DNA of 64,000 nt from Escherichia coli (GTDB lineage: Bacteria; Pseudomonadota; Gammaproteobacteria; Enterobacterales; Enterobacteriaceae): the NCBI RefSeq assembly GCF_003334335.1, contig NZ_QOWQ01000001.1. The stretch is one strand, 5' to 3'. Numbering within the stretch: the first letter of the stretch is position 1; each line of letters begins with the position of its first letter. Of the stretch, positions 24,707-35,727 are shown one piece after another. The notes beneath the pieces were generated by a model. It was given only the letters and a program-made list of their open reading frames with translations, did not search any database and had not been told where the DNA came from. A program made the translations under genes and the position numbers.

Positions 24707-26440
24707 GTGAAACAACAGATACAACTTCGTCGCCGTGAAGTCGATGAAACGGCAGACTTGCCCGCTGAATTGCCTCCCTTGCTGCGCCGTTTATACGCCA
24801 GCCGGGGAGTACGCAGTGCGCAAGAACTGGAACGCAGTGTTAAAGGTATGCTGCCCTGGCAGCAACTGAGCGGCGTCGAAAAGGCCGTTGAGATCCTTTA
24901 CAACGCTTTTCGCGAAGGAACGCGGATTATTGTGGTCGGTGATTTCGACGCCGACGGCGCGACCAGCACGGCTCTAAGCGTGCTGGCGATGCGCTCGCTT
25001 GGTTGCAGCAATATCGACTACCTGGTACCAAACCGTTTCGAAGACGGTTACGGCTTAAGCCCGGAAGTGGTCGATCAGGCCCATGCCCGTGGCGCGCAGT
25101 TAATTGTCACGGTGGATAACGGTATTTCCTCCCATGCGGGGGTTGAGCACGCTCGCTCGTTGGGCATCCCGGTTATTGTTACCGATCACCATTTGCCAGG
25201 CGACACATTACCCGCAGCGGAAGCGATCATTAACCCTAACTTGCGCGACTGTAATTTCCCGTCGAAATCACTGGCAGGCGTGGGTGTGGCGTTTTATCTG
25301 ATGCTGGCGCTGCGCACCTTTTTGCGCGATCAGGGCTGGTTTGATGAGCGTAACATCGCAATTCCTAACCTGGCAGAACTGCTGGATCTGGTCGCGCTGG
25401 GGACAGTGGCGGACGTCGTGCCGCTGGACGCTAATAATCGCATTCTGACCTGGCAGGGGATGAGTCGCATCCGAGCCGGAAAGTGCCGTCCGGGGATTAA
25501 AGCGCTGCTTGAAGTGGCAAACCGTGATGCACAAAAACTCGCCGCCAGCGATTTAGGTTTTGCGCTGGGGCCACGTCTCAATGCTGCCGGACGACTGGAC
25601 GATATGTCCGTCGGTGTGGCGCTGTTGTTGTGCGACAACATCGGCGAAGCGCGCGTGCTGGCAAATGAACTCGATGCGCTAAACCAGACGCGAAAAGAGA
25701 TCGAACAAGGAATGCAAATTGAAGCCCTGACCCTGTGCGAGAAACTGGAGCGCAGCCGTGACACGCTACCCGGCGGGCTGGCAATGTATCACCCCGAATG
25801 GCATCAGGGCGTTGTCGGTATTCTGGCTTCGCGCATCAAAGAGCGTTTTCACCGTCCGGTTATCGCGTTTGCGCCAGCAGGTGACGGTACGCTGAAAGGT
25901 TCCGGTCGCTCCATTCAGGGGCTGCATATGCGTGATGCGCTGGAGCGATTAGACACACTCTACCCTGGCATGATGCTGAAGTTTGGCGGTCATGCGATGG
26001 CGGCGGGTTTGTCGCTGGAAGAGGATAAATTCAAACTCTTTCAACAACGGTTTGGCGAACTGGTTACTGAGTGGCTGGACCCTTCGCTATTGCAAGGCGA
26101 AGTGGTATCAGACGGTCCGTTAAGCCCGGCCGAAATGACCATGGAAGTGGCGCAGCTGCTGCGCGATGCTGGCCCGTGGGGGCAGATGTTCCCGGAGCCG
26201 CTGTTTGACGGTCATTTCCGTCTGCTGCAACAGCGGCTGGTGGGCGAACGTCATTTGAAGGTGATGGTCGAACCGGTCGGCGGCGGTCCACTGCTGGATG
26301 GTATTGCTTTTAATGTCGATACCGCCCTCTGGCCGGATAACGGCGTGCGCGAAGTGCAACTGGCTTATAAGCTCGATATCAACGAGTTTCGCGGCAACCG
26401 CAGCCTGCAAATTATCATCGACAATATCTGGCCAATTTAG
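24707..26440 (+). CDS. recJ: Single-stranded-DNA-specific 5'-3' exonuclease RecJ
   Basis: ORF track 24707..26440, 577 aa, GTG start; DHH motifs (VVGDFDADGATS, VTDHH). Confidence 0.9.
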   Translation: MKQQIQLRRREVDETADLPAELPPLLRRLYASRGVRSAQELERSVKGMLPWQQLSGVEKAVEILYNAFREGTRIIVVGDFDADGATSTALSVLAMRSLGCSNIDYLVPNRFEDGYGLSPEVVDQAHARGAQLIVTVDNGISSHAGVEHARSLGIPVIVTDHHLPGDTLPAAEAIINPNLRDCNFPSKSLAGVGVAFYLMLALRTFLRDQGWFDERNIAIPNLAELLDLVALGTVADVVPLDANNRILTWQGMSRIRAGKCRPGIKALLEVANRDAQKLAASDLGFALGPRLNAAGRLDDMSVGVALLLCDNIGEARVLANELDALNQTRKEIEQGMQIEALTLCEKLERSRDTLPGGLAMYHPEWHQGVVGILASRIKERFHRPVIAFAPAGDGTLKGSGRSIQGLHMRDALERLDTLYPGMMLKFGGHAMAAGLSLEEDKFKLFQQRFGELVTEWLDPSLLQGEVVSDGPLSPAEMTMEVAQLLRDAGPWGQMFPEPLFDGHFRLLQQRLVGERHLKVMVEPVGGGPLLDGIAFNVDTALWPDNGVREVQLAYKLDINEFRGNRSLQIIIDNIWPI

Positions 26441-26530
26441 CGTCATCTTCTCTATAAAAAAGAGCGTGGATTGGGTACAATCCCGCTCTTATCACCGCAT
26501 TTTGACTAGCTCAATAAAAGAAATCAGACC

Positions 26531-27629
26531 ATGTTTGAAATTAATCCGGTAAATAATCGCATTCAGGACCTCACGGAACGCTCCGACGTTCTTAGGGGGT
26601 ATCTTTGACTACGACGCCAAGAAAGAGCGTCTGGAAGAAGTAAACGCCGAGCTGGAACAGCCGGATGTCTGGAACGAACCCGAACGCGCACAGGCGCTGG
26701 GTAAAGAGCGTTCCTCCCTCGAAGCCGTTGTCGACACCCTCGACCAAATGAAACAGGGGCTGGAAGATGTTTCTGGTCTGCTGGAACTGGCTGTAGAAGC
26801 TGACGACGAAGAAACCTTTAACGAAGCCGTTGCTGAACTCGACGCCCTGGAAGAAAAACTGGCGCAGCTTGAGTTCCGCCGTATGTTCTCTGGCGAATAT
26901 GACAGCGCCGACTGCTACCTCGATATTCAGGCGGGGTCTGGCGGTACGGAAGCACAGGACTGGGCGAGCATGCTTGAGCGTATGTATCTGCGCTGGGCAG
27001 AATCGCGTGGTTTCAAAACTGAAATCATCGAAGAGTCGGAAGGTGAAGTGGCGGGTATTAAATCCGTGACGATCAAAATCTCCGGCGATTACGCTTACGG
27101 CTGGCTGCGTACAGAAACCGGCGTTCACCGCCTGGTGCGTAAAAGCCCGTTTGACTCCGGCGGTCGTCGCCACACGTCGTTCAGCTCCGCGTTTGTTTAT
27201 CCGGAAGTTGATGATGATATTGATATCGAAATCAACCCGGCGGATCTGCGCATTGACGTTTATCGCGCGTCCGGCGCGGGCGGTCAGCACGTTAACCGTA
27301 CCGAATCTGCGGTGCGTATTACCCACATCCCGACCGGGATCGTGACCCAGTGCCAGAACGACCGTTCCCAGCACAAGAACAAAGATCAGGCCATGAAGCA
27401 GATGAAAGCGAAGCTTTATGAACTGGAGATGCAGAAGAAAAATGCCGAGAAACAGGCGATGGAAGATAACAAATCCGACATCGGCTGGGGCAGCCAGATT
27501 CGTTCTTATGTCCTTGATGACTCCCGCATTAAAGATCTGCGCACCGGGGTAGAAACCCGCAACACGCAGGCCGTGCTGGACGGCAGCCTGGATCAATTTA
27601 TCGAAGCAAGTTTGAAAGCAGGGTTATGA
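26531..27629 (+). CDS. prfB: Peptide chain release factor 2, translated with a programmed +1 ribosomal frameshift at codon 26
   Basis: Frame from ATG 26531 reads [25 protein letters not shown] then hits in-frame TGA at 26606; the +1 frame continues [11 protein letters not shown]... and is the ORF-track frame 26748..27629; GGQ motif present. Confidence 0.9.
26594..26609 (+). promoter_or_regulatory. prfB: prfB autoregulatory +1 frameshift site (internal Shine-Dalgarno plus CTT TGA C slippery/stop context)
   Basis: AGGGGG at 26594-26599, 3 nt spacer, CTT at 26603-26605, TGA at 26606-26608, C at 26609. Confidence 0.9.
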
Positions 27630-27638
27630 GGAACCAAC

Positions 27639-29156
27639 ATGTCTGAACAACACGCACAGGGCGCTGACGCGGTAGTCGATCTTAACAATGAACTGAAAAC
27701 GCGTCGTGAGAAGCTGGCGAACCTGCGCGAGCAGGGGATTGCCTTCCCGAACGATTTCCGTCGCGATCATACCTCTGACCAATTGCACGCAGAATTCGAC
27801 GGCAAAGAGAACGAAGAACTGGAAGCGCTGAACATCGAAGTCGCCGTTGCTGGCCGCATGATGACCCGTCGTATTATGGGTAAAGCGTCTTTCGTTACCC
27901 TGCAGGACGTTGGCGGTCGCATTCAGCTGTACGTTGCCCGTGACGATCTCCCGGAAGGCGTTTATAACGAGCAGTTCAAAAAATGGGACCTCGGCGACAT
28001 CCTCGGCGCGAAAGGTAAGCTGTTCAAAACCAAAACCGGCGAACTGTCTATCCACTGCACCGAGTTGCGTCTGCTGACCAAAGCACTGCGTCCGCTGCCG
28101 GATAAATTCCACGGCTTGCAGGATCAGGAAGCGCGCTATCGTCAGCGTTATCTCGATCTCATCTCCAACGATGAATCCCGCAACACCTTTAAAGTGCGCT
28201 CGCAGATCCTCTCTGGTATTCGCCAGTTCATGGTGAACCGCGGCTTTATGGAAGTTGAAACGCCGATGATGCAGGTGATCCCTGGCGGTGCCGCTGCGCG
28301 TCCGTTTATCACCCACCATAACGCGCTGGATCTCGACATGTACCTGCGTATCGCGCCGGAACTGTACCTCAAGCGTCTGGTGGTTGGTGGCTTCGAGCGT
28401 GTATTCGAAATCAACCGTAACTTCCGTAACGAAGGTATTTCCGTACGTCATAACCCAGAGTTCACCATGATGGAACTCTACATGGCTTACGCAGATTACA
28501 AAGATCTGATCGAGCTGACCGAATCGCTGTTCCGTACTCTGGCACAGGATATTCTCGGTAAGACGGAAGTGACCTACGGCGACGTGACGCTGGACTTCGG
28601 TAAACCGTTCGAAAAACTGACCATGCGTGAAGCGATCAAGAAATATCGCCCGGAAACCGACATGGCGGATCTGGACAACTTCGACTCTGCGAAAGCAATT
28701 GCTGAATCTATCGGCATCCACGTTGAGAAGAGCTGGGGTCTGGGCCGTATCGTTACCGAGATCTTCGAAGAAGTGGCAGAAGCACATCTGATTCAGCCGA
28801 CCTTCATTACTGAATATCCGGCAGAAGTTTCTCCGCTGGCGCGTCGTAACGACGTTAACCCGGAAATCACAGACCGCTTTGAGTTCTTCATTGGTGGTCG
28901 TGAAATCGGTAACGGCTTTAGCGAGCTGAATGACGCGGAAGATCAGGCGCAACGCTTCCTGGATCAGGTTGCCGCGAAAGACGCAGGTGACGACGAAGCG
29001 ATGTTCTACGATGAAGATTACGTCACCGCACTGGAACATGGCTTACCGCCGACAGCAGGTCTGGGAATTGGTATCGACCGTATGGTAATGCTGTTCACCA
29101 ACAGCCATACCATCCGCGACGTTATTCTGTTCCCGGCGATGCGTCCGGTAAAATAA
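27639..29156 (+). CDS. lysS: Lysyl-tRNA synthetase (constitutive)
   Basis: ORF track 27639..29156, 505 aa; [31 protein letters not shown]; class II aaRS motifs. Confidence 0.95.
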
Positions 29157-29176
29157 GCATTACGTTATGCTCACAA

Positions 29177-29201
29177 CCCCGGCAAATGTCGGGGTTTTTT
29201 T
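29177..29201. terminator. Intrinsic terminator downstream of lysS (abuts idi stop)
   Basis: CCCCGGCAAATGTCGGGG hairpin followed by TTTTTTT. Confidence 0.75.
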
Positions 29202-29748
29202 ATTTAAGCTGGGTAAATGCAGATAATCGTTTTCTGGCTTCGCGATTTGTCGCCTGCATCACCATCCACGGACTGAACGCCCACGGCGTGGCATCAATAC
29301 CGTGTAATACATCTGCTAAATCACACCATTGATAATCCATCACTTCATCATCATTGATCTGTAACGCACTAGTGGAGCGTGCGGCAAATACCGGACACAC
29401 TTCATTTTCCACAATGCCACTCGGATCGGTGGCGCGGTAGCGAAAGTCAGGATAGATAGATTCAGGAGGCGTAATTTCCACGCCAAGCTCATAACGGCAA
29501 CGGCGGATCACTGCGTCTTCGTTGCTTTCTCCCAGTTGTGGGTGCCCACAAACCGAGTTAGTCCACACGCCAGGCCATGCTTTTTTGCTCAGTGCGCGGC
29601 GGGTAACTAATAATTGTCCTTTGGCATTAAACAGCCAACTGGAGAACGCGAGATGTAAGCGGGTGTCTGCCGTGTGTGCGGCATACTTTTCCAGCGTACC
29701 CGTGGGAACTCCCTGTGCATTCAATAAAATGACGTGTTCCGTTTGCAT
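29200..29748 (-). CDS. idi: Isopentenyl-diphosphate delta-isomerase (Nudix type 1)
   Basis: ORF track 29200..29748 (-), 182 aa; [26 protein letters not shown]. Confidence 0.9.
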   Translation of the reverse strand: MQTEHVILLNAQGVPTGTLEKYAAHTADTRLHLAFSSWLFNAKGQLLVTRRALSKKAWPGVWTNSVCGHPQLGESNEDAVIRRCRYELGVEITPPESIYPDFRYRATDPSGIVENEVCPVFAARSTSALQINDDEVMDYQWCDLADVLHGIDATPWAFSPWMVMQATNREARKRLSAFTQLK

Positions 29749-29870
29749 AATTTCTCACATGTAATTCTGATCACTCATCATTATAGATAATTGAAGAGTG
29801 AAATGATTAACCAAGTGAGCGTTTATCGACAACCGCCCGTTTTGAGCGGATGCCGACAGGTAAAAACCAT

Positions 29871-29996
29871 TTAAAAAAGTAGCATCATATATTTGAAGCG
29901 ACTTTCAATGGCCATTGCAACACAGTCAGAAATGACAGGAATAGAGAGAGTAAAAAGCAACAACAGACTGAATATAGCGCGCATTAAAAAATTCAT
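29871..29996 (-). CDS. Candidate small protein (41 aa, hydrophobic N-terminal half), below ORF-track size cutoff
   Basis: Reverse-strand ATG at 29996 to TAA at 29871 encodes MNFLMRAIFSLLLLFTLSIPVISDCVAMAIESRFKYMMLLF; in the idi-uacT spacer. Confidence 0.35.
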   Translation of the reverse strand: MNFLMRAIFSLLLLFTLSIPVISDCVAMAIESRFKYMMLLF

Positions 29997-29997
29997 A

Positions 29998-31446
29998 TTA
30001 TTCTCCATGCTCATTTTTCTTCAGCTTGCGCATCAGAAGCCACATACGTACTGTCCTGACTTTTAAATCTTTATCAGAGACGGATTCCTTCACCAGGTCA
30101 GCATGATGCTGATAGCCATTAAAGAAGACGTTCAGCACAACGGCGCTAAGGGTTGCGAGCATAATGCCGCTATGTAGCAGCGGTTGCAGTACGGCCGGTA
30201 ACTTAGAAAAGAAATCGTGAGAGAGCGTCGGAGTCATGCCAACGCCGAGACTGATCGCCACAATATAGAGGTTGTAACGGTTGGTGGTGTAGTTACAGCG
30301 CGACAGAATTCGAATCCCTGTCGCCAGTACCATGCCGAACATCACTAGACCAGCGCCGCCCAGCACAAATTGCGGAATGGAGGCTACCAGCACCGCCATT
30401 TTTGGCACCATGCCAAACAGGATTAATATAATTCCCGAAGAAATACACACCCAGCGGCTATGAACGCGCGTCACGCTAACCAGGCCAACGTTTTGAGAAA
30501 ATGACGTGTGGGGGAAGCTGTTAAACGTGCCGCCTATCATTGTCCCTACGCCATCGACACGCAGCCCGCGAATAATATCGTGCGAAGAGAGTTTACGACC
30601 GACTATTTCACCCAGTGCCAGGAACATCCCCATCGACTCGATAAACACGATGATTAACACGGCAGTCATGGTCAGAATGGAAACGGGATCGAAAATCGGC
30701 ATACCAAACGACATCGGCGTAACAATCGCAAACCATGAAGCATCATGTAGCCCGGATAAATTGACTTCATTCATCATCCACGAAAGTAAAAAGCCAAATA
30801 CAATCCCCAGTAATACGGCGACGTTGGACATAAATCCTTTCGCATAGCGAGTAATGAGCAAGATAAAAATTAAGACGGCAAAGGAGATACCTAAATAAAC
30901 GGGATTACCATATTGCGGATTCCCTTTACCTCCGGCGGCCCAGTCAATACCCACCTGAATGATGCTAAGCCCGATAGAAGTAATAACCACACCGGTAACC
31001 AGTGGCGGGAATAAAGGCATCAAGCGACCGATAAGTGGCGCTAATAATGTGGTGATAAAACCCGCGGCGATAGTGGCACCAAATATCCCCAGCAGGCCGA
31101 TATCCGGGTTCATCCCAATGGCTATCATTGGTGTTACAGCAGCAAAGGTCACCGACATAATCACCGGCAGGCGGATCCCCATAAAGCGGCCGATACCGAT
31201 ACATTGCAATAATGTGACGATCCCGCAGCAAAAGAGATCCGAGCTAATGAGCATCGCAATAGCTTCTTTTGAGAGGCCCAGTCGGTCACCAATCATAAGA
31301 GGAACAGCGACTGCACCTGCGTACATGACAAGGACGTGTTGCAGACCGAGTATGATCAGCTTTCCTGGTGATAATATGCGGTCAACCTCATCAGTTGGGC
31401 GGTCTTGCCCAGAAGATGAGGGAAGTTGGGAATCTATGGCGCTCAT
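29998..31446 (-). CDS. uacT: Nucleobase:cation symporter-2 family uric acid transporter
   Basis: ORF track 29998..31575 (-); start set at internal Met (MSAIDSQLPSSSGQDRPTDE..., 482 aa) preceded by AAGGAGAAACACTG; NAT/NCS2 polytopic membrane protein. Confidence 0.85.
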   Translation of the reverse strand: MSAIDSQLPSSSGQDRPTDEVDRILSPGKLIILGLQHVLVMYAGAVAVPLMIGDRLGLSKEAIAMLISSDLFCCGIVTLLQCIGIGRFMGIRLPVIMSVTFAAVTPMIAIGMNPDIGLLGIFGATIAAGFITTLLAPLIGRLMPLFPPLVTGVVITSIGLSIIQVGIDWAAGGKGNPQYGNPVYLGISFAVLIFILLITRYAKGFMSNVAVLLGIVFGFLLSWMMNEVNLSGLHDASWFAIVTPMSFGMPIFDPVSILTMTAVLIIVFIESMGMFLALGEIVGRKLSSHDIIRGLRVDGVGTMIGGTFNSFPHTSFSQNVGLVSVTRVHSRWVCISSGIILILFGMVPKMAVLVASIPQFVLGGAGLVMFGMVLATGIRILSRCNYTTNRYNLYIVAISLGVGMTPTLSHDFFSKLPAVLQPLLHSGIMLATLSAVVLNVFFNGYQHHADLVKESVSDKDLKVRTVRMWLLMRKLKKNEHGE

Positions 31447-31515
31447 CAGTGTTTCTCCTTTCGCCCGCCAGAGTAAAAAGCAACCGTTTACGTTAATGAA
31501 ACTGTCTAAACACAT

Positions 31516-31530
31516 GCTCGTGGAGTGCCA
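31516..31530 (-). promoter_or_regulatory. Candidate sigma54 (-24/-12) promoter upstream of uacT
   Basis: Reverse strand reads TGGCAC-TCCAC-GAGC: GG and GC at canonical 10-nt spacing, about 70 nt upstream of the uacT start codon. Confidence 0.3.
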
Positions 31531-31881
31531 GTTTTTGCGAGGAAGGGGAGTTAGAGACAGGAATTGCGGAGGCAATCACATAATCGTGGTTAAACCACGA
31601 AAATGAGAAGAGAACCTGACAATGGAATTATCTGTAATTTTCTCATATTGATATTTCATTAATCATTCTGGCATGTCGCACTCTCGCATTTAATCGTTTT
31701 TATCTGGATAGCGCTCTTTTGATCGGCAATGTTGAAATAATGAAAGCGGCATAGATTGAGGGGCAATAATTTGAACTCAGTCGCAAAATTATAATTAAAA
31801 CGGTCATGCTACCTAATATATGCCCGTTTATTGCATCGCGAAATTTGAGAAGACATAACTCATTAAATGAAAGGGATGCAA

Positions 31882-33801
31882 ATGAATAAGTTTATTGCTG
31901 CTGAAGCTGCGGAATGTATAGGCTGTCATGCTTGTGAAATTGCCTGTGCGGTGGCACACAATCAAGAAAACTGGCCGCTGAGTCACAGTGACTTTCGACC
32001 GCGTATCCACGTTGTAGGGAAAGGCCAGGCTGCGAATCCGGTGGCCTGCCATCACTGCAACAATGCCCCTTGCGTTACGGCTTGTCCGGTTAATGCTCTG
32101 ACTTTCCAGTCCGATAGCGTACAACTGGACGAGCAAAAATGTATTGGTTGTAAAAGATGCGCAATCGCTTGCCCCTTTGGCGTCGTTGAGATGGTCGATA
32201 CGATTGCGCAGAAATGCGACCTTTGTAACCAGCGCAGTTCCGGCACGCAAGCCTGTATTGAAGTTTGCCCAACACAGGCGTTACGACTGATGGACGATAA
32301 AGGGTTGCAGCAGATAAAGGTGGCCCGCCAGCGCAAAACGGCAGCAGGAAAAGCGTCATCAGACGCTCAGCCATCTCGCAGTGCAGCGTTGCTCCCCGTT
32401 AACTCGCGTAAAGGCGCAGATAAAATTTCAGCGAGTGAACGGAAAACCCACTTTGGCGAAATATATTGCGGGCTGGATCCACAACAAGCGACTTATGAGA
32501 GTGACCGCTGTGTTTATTGTGCCGAAAAAGCTAACTGCAACTGGCATTGCCCGCTGCATAACGCTATTCCGGATTACATCCGTCTGGTACAGGAAGGAAA
32601 GATTATTGAAGCGGCAGAACTTTGCCACCAGACCAGTTCCTTACCAGAAATTTGCGGCAGGGTATGTCCACAGGACCGTCTTTGTGAAGGCGCATGTACT
32701 TTGAAAGATCACTCGGGCGCAGTCTCTATCGGTAATCTGGAACGCTACATCACCGATACCGCGCTGGCGATGGGCTGGCGTCCCGATGTCAGCAAAGTTG
32801 TTCCCCGTAGCGAAAAAGTGGCGGTGATTGGCGCTGGGCCTGCAGGGTTAGGGTGTGCTGATATTCTGGCGCGCGCAGGAGTTCAGGTCGATGTCTTTGA
32901 TCGCCATCCAGAAATTGGCGGTATGCTGACTTTTGGCATTCCTCCTTTCAAACTCGATAAAACGGTATTAAGCCAGCGGCGAGAGATATTCACCGCAATG
33001 GGAATCGACTTTCATCTTAACTGTGAAATTGGCCGCGATATTACCTTTAGCGATTTAACTTCTGAATATGATGCAGTTTTCATCGGCGTGGGGACTTACG
33101 GGATGATGCGAGCAGATCTGCCGCATGAAGATGCGCCCGGTGTCATTCAGGCTCTACCGTTCCTGACTGCCCATACCCGCCAGCTCATGGGATTGCCGGA
33201 GTCTGAAGAGTATCCGCTGACGGACGTGGAAGGTAAGCGAGTCGTGGTATTGGGCGGTGGCGATACGACAATGGATTGTTTGCGGACTTCCATCCGCCTC
33301 AATGCCGCCAGCGTGACCTGCGCGTATCGTCGTGATGAAGTCAGTATGCCGGGCTCGCGCAAAGAGGTGGTTAATGCGCGCGAGGAAGGTGTCGAGTTTC
33401 AGTTCAATGTTCAACCGCAATATATCGCTTGTGACGAAGATGGGCGTTTAACTGCGGTGGGCCTGATTCGTACCGCCATGGGTGAGCCGGGGCCGGATGG
33501 TCGCCGTCGTCCTCGTCCGGTAGCGGGTTCAGAGTTTGAATTGCCCGCCGATGTTCTGATTATGGCCTTTGGTTTCCAGGCGCATGCCATGCCGTGGTTG
33601 CAGGGCAGCGGAATTAAACTCGATAAATGGGGCCTGATTCAAACCGGTGACGTCGGGTATTTACCTACCCAGACGCATCTGAAAAAAGTCTTTGCTGGTG
33701 GTGATGCAGTTCATGGCGCGGATCTGGTTGTCACTGCAATGGCCGCAGGAAGGCAGGCGGCGCGCGATATGTTAACTCTGTTTGATACGAAGGCATCGTG
33801 A
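31882..33801 (+). CDS. ygfT: Fe-S-containing NAD(P)H-dependent oxidoreductase, glutamate synthase small-subunit-like with N-terminal ferredoxin domain
   Basis: ORF track 31867..33801; start set at ATG 31882 ([15 protein letters not shown]..., 639 aa) with AAGGGA upstream; CxxCxxCxxxCP clusters and [19 protein letters not shown] dinucleotide-binding motif. Confidence 0.85.
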
Positions 33802-34289
33802 TGAAATCGTTAATTATCGTTAATCCGGCTGACTGTATTGGCTGCCGTACTTGTGAAGTAGCCTGTGTGGTCGCTCACCCTTCAGAACAGGAGTTGAATG
33901 CCGATGTCTTTTTACCCCGGCTGAAGGTACAGCGACTGGACAGCATCAGTGCGCCGGTGATGTGCCATCAGTGTGAAAACGCCCCTTGTGTTGGCGCTTG
34001 CCCCGTGGGGGCGCTGACGATGGGCGAGCAGGTGGTGCAGACCAATTCTGCCCGTTGTATTGGCTGTCAGAGTTGCGTCAGTGCGTGCCCGTTTGGAATG
34101 ATCACCATTCAGTCGTTGCCGGGGGATACCCGACAACAAATTGTGAAATGCGATCTCTGTGAACAGCGGGAAGAGGGGCCAGCCTGCGTTGAATCTTGCC
34201 CAACACAGGCGCTGCAGTTGCTTACTGAAAGAGAACTCAGGCGAGTCCGCCAGCAGCGTATTGTTGCCAGCGGTGAGAATCCTCTCTGA
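33801..34289 (+). CDS. ygfS: 4Fe-4S ferredoxin-type protein (four cysteine clusters)
   Basis: ORF track 33798..34289; ATG at 33801 overlaps ygfT TGA (TGATG); [55 protein letters not shown]. Confidence 0.85.
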
Positions 34290-34295
34290 AAGAAA

Positions 34296-34319
34296 TCTCC
34301 GCGCTGAAAGGCGCGGAGA
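34296..34319. terminator. Bidirectional hairpin between convergent ygfS and ghxQ
   Basis: TCTCCGCGC-TGAAAG-GCGCGGAGA inverted repeat. Confidence 0.6.
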
Positions 34320-34324
34320 ATCTA

Positions 34325-35692
34325 TTAGATTGCCCAACCACCCGCGTAAAATGCGACCAGTGCGGCAGTAATGATCACCGTACCAATATTCAGCTTTTGC
34401 CATTCGCGTGCAAAGACGCGGCCTACGACCAGTGTCACAAAGCCCAGCATAATACCGGTAACGATATTACAAGTCAGAACGATGAACACGGCACACACCA
34501 GGCCAGCCATAGCGTCAATAAAATCATTGAAATCCAGCTTCGAGACGTTACTTAACATCAGCAAACCTACGTACATCAGAGCGGGTGCAGTGGCGTAACC
34601 AGGGATCAAAAATGACAGCGGTGATAAAAACAGAATTAACAGGAATAACGCCCCCACTACGGTTGCGGTTAAACCTGTTTTACCCCCGGCGGCGGTTCCT
34701 GCCGCTGATTCGATATAAACCGCTGCGGGCGCTGCGCCCACCAGGCCGGAGAATATTGAACTTACTGAGTCACTGGTCAGGGCTTTGCCGCCGTTGATGA
34801 TCTGGTTGTCTTTATCCAACAAATTCGCCTGACCGGCGACGGCACGGATGGTGCCAGTAGCGTCGAACACTGCGGTCATCACCAATGCCAGTACACTCGG
34901 AAGTACAGTTGGCTGGAGTGCACCCATAATATCGAGGCTGAAAATCAGAGACTTACCATCTTCGCCAGTCAGGCTTGGCATCGCCACCAGACCGTGGTAT
35001 TTCACCGCTGGGTCAAAGATTAAGCCGATGATCGAAATTGCAATAATCACCAACAAGATCCCGCCGGGTACGCGACACTTCTCCAGGCCGAAGATGACCG
35101 CCAGCCCCAGCAAGCTCATCATCACCGGGAAGGAGGTAAACGCACCGAGCGCCACTGGCAAGCCTTCAATCGGGTTTTTGATAACCATACCCACACCGTT
35201 AGCAGCAATCAGCAGCAGAAACAGCCCGATACCGATACCTGTACCGTGAGCGATACCCATCGGCAAATTACGTAAGATCCAGGTACGCACACCGGTTACG
35301 GAAATGGCGGTGAAGATGACGCCCATCAGAAATACCGCGCCCAGTGCGACAGGAACGCTAATTTGTTGCCCGAGTACCAGACTGAATGCGGTAAACGCCG
35401 TCAAGGAAATCGCGCAACCAATCGCCATTGGCAAATTAGCCCATAATCCCATCAGCAACGAGCCGAAGCCCGCGACCAGACAGGTGGCAACAAACACAGC
35501 TGCGGGAGGAAAACCTGCTTTGCCCAGCATTCCCGGAACGACGATAACGGAATAAACCATGGCCAGAAAGGTCGTTAAGCCAGCCAGTACTTCCTGACGA
35601 ACGGTACTGCCACGAGCGGTAATTTTAAAATAATTATCCAGCGCGCCCTGTGGCTTTGGTGCGTCCGGTGTTTGTAGGATGTCTCCAGACAT
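34325..35692 (-). CDS. ghxQ: Guanine/hypoxanthine permease (AzgA-like NCS2 family)
   Basis: ORF track 34325..35692 (-), 455 aa; polytopic membrane protein; [25 protein letters not shown]. Confidence 0.85.
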   Translation of the reverse strand: MSGDILQTPDAPKPQGALDNYFKITARGSTVRQEVLAGLTTFLAMVYSVIVVPGMLGKAGFPPAAVFVATCLVAGFGSLLMGLWANLPMAIGCAISLTAFTAFSLVLGQQISVPVALGAVFLMGVIFTAISVTGVRTWILRNLPMGIAHGTGIGIGLFLLLIAANGVGMVIKNPIEGLPVALGAFTSFPVMMSLLGLAVIFGLEKCRVPGGILLVIIAISIIGLIFDPAVKYHGLVAMPSLTGEDGKSLIFSLDIMGALQPTVLPSVLALVMTAVFDATGTIRAVAGQANLLDKDNQIINGGKALTSDSVSSIFSGLVGAAPAAVYIESAAGTAAGGKTGLTATVVGALFLLILFLSPLSFLIPGYATAPALMYVGLLMLSNVSKLDFNDFIDAMAGLVCAVFIVLTCNIVTGIMLGFVTLVVGRVFAREWQKLNIGTVIITAALVAFYAGGWAI

Positions 35693-35727
35693 AATGATGT
35701 CCTCACGAGGATGTTAAAGTTTTATTA

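Noticed and set aside
26592-27596. 334-aa reverse-strand ORF opposite prfB
   Set aside because: Antisense shadow of prfB; no start context and no motifs.
27624-29039. 471-aa reverse-strand ORF
   Set aside because: Antisense to lysS across almost its whole length; lysS has unambiguous class II aminoacyl-tRNA synthetase features, the antisense frame has none.
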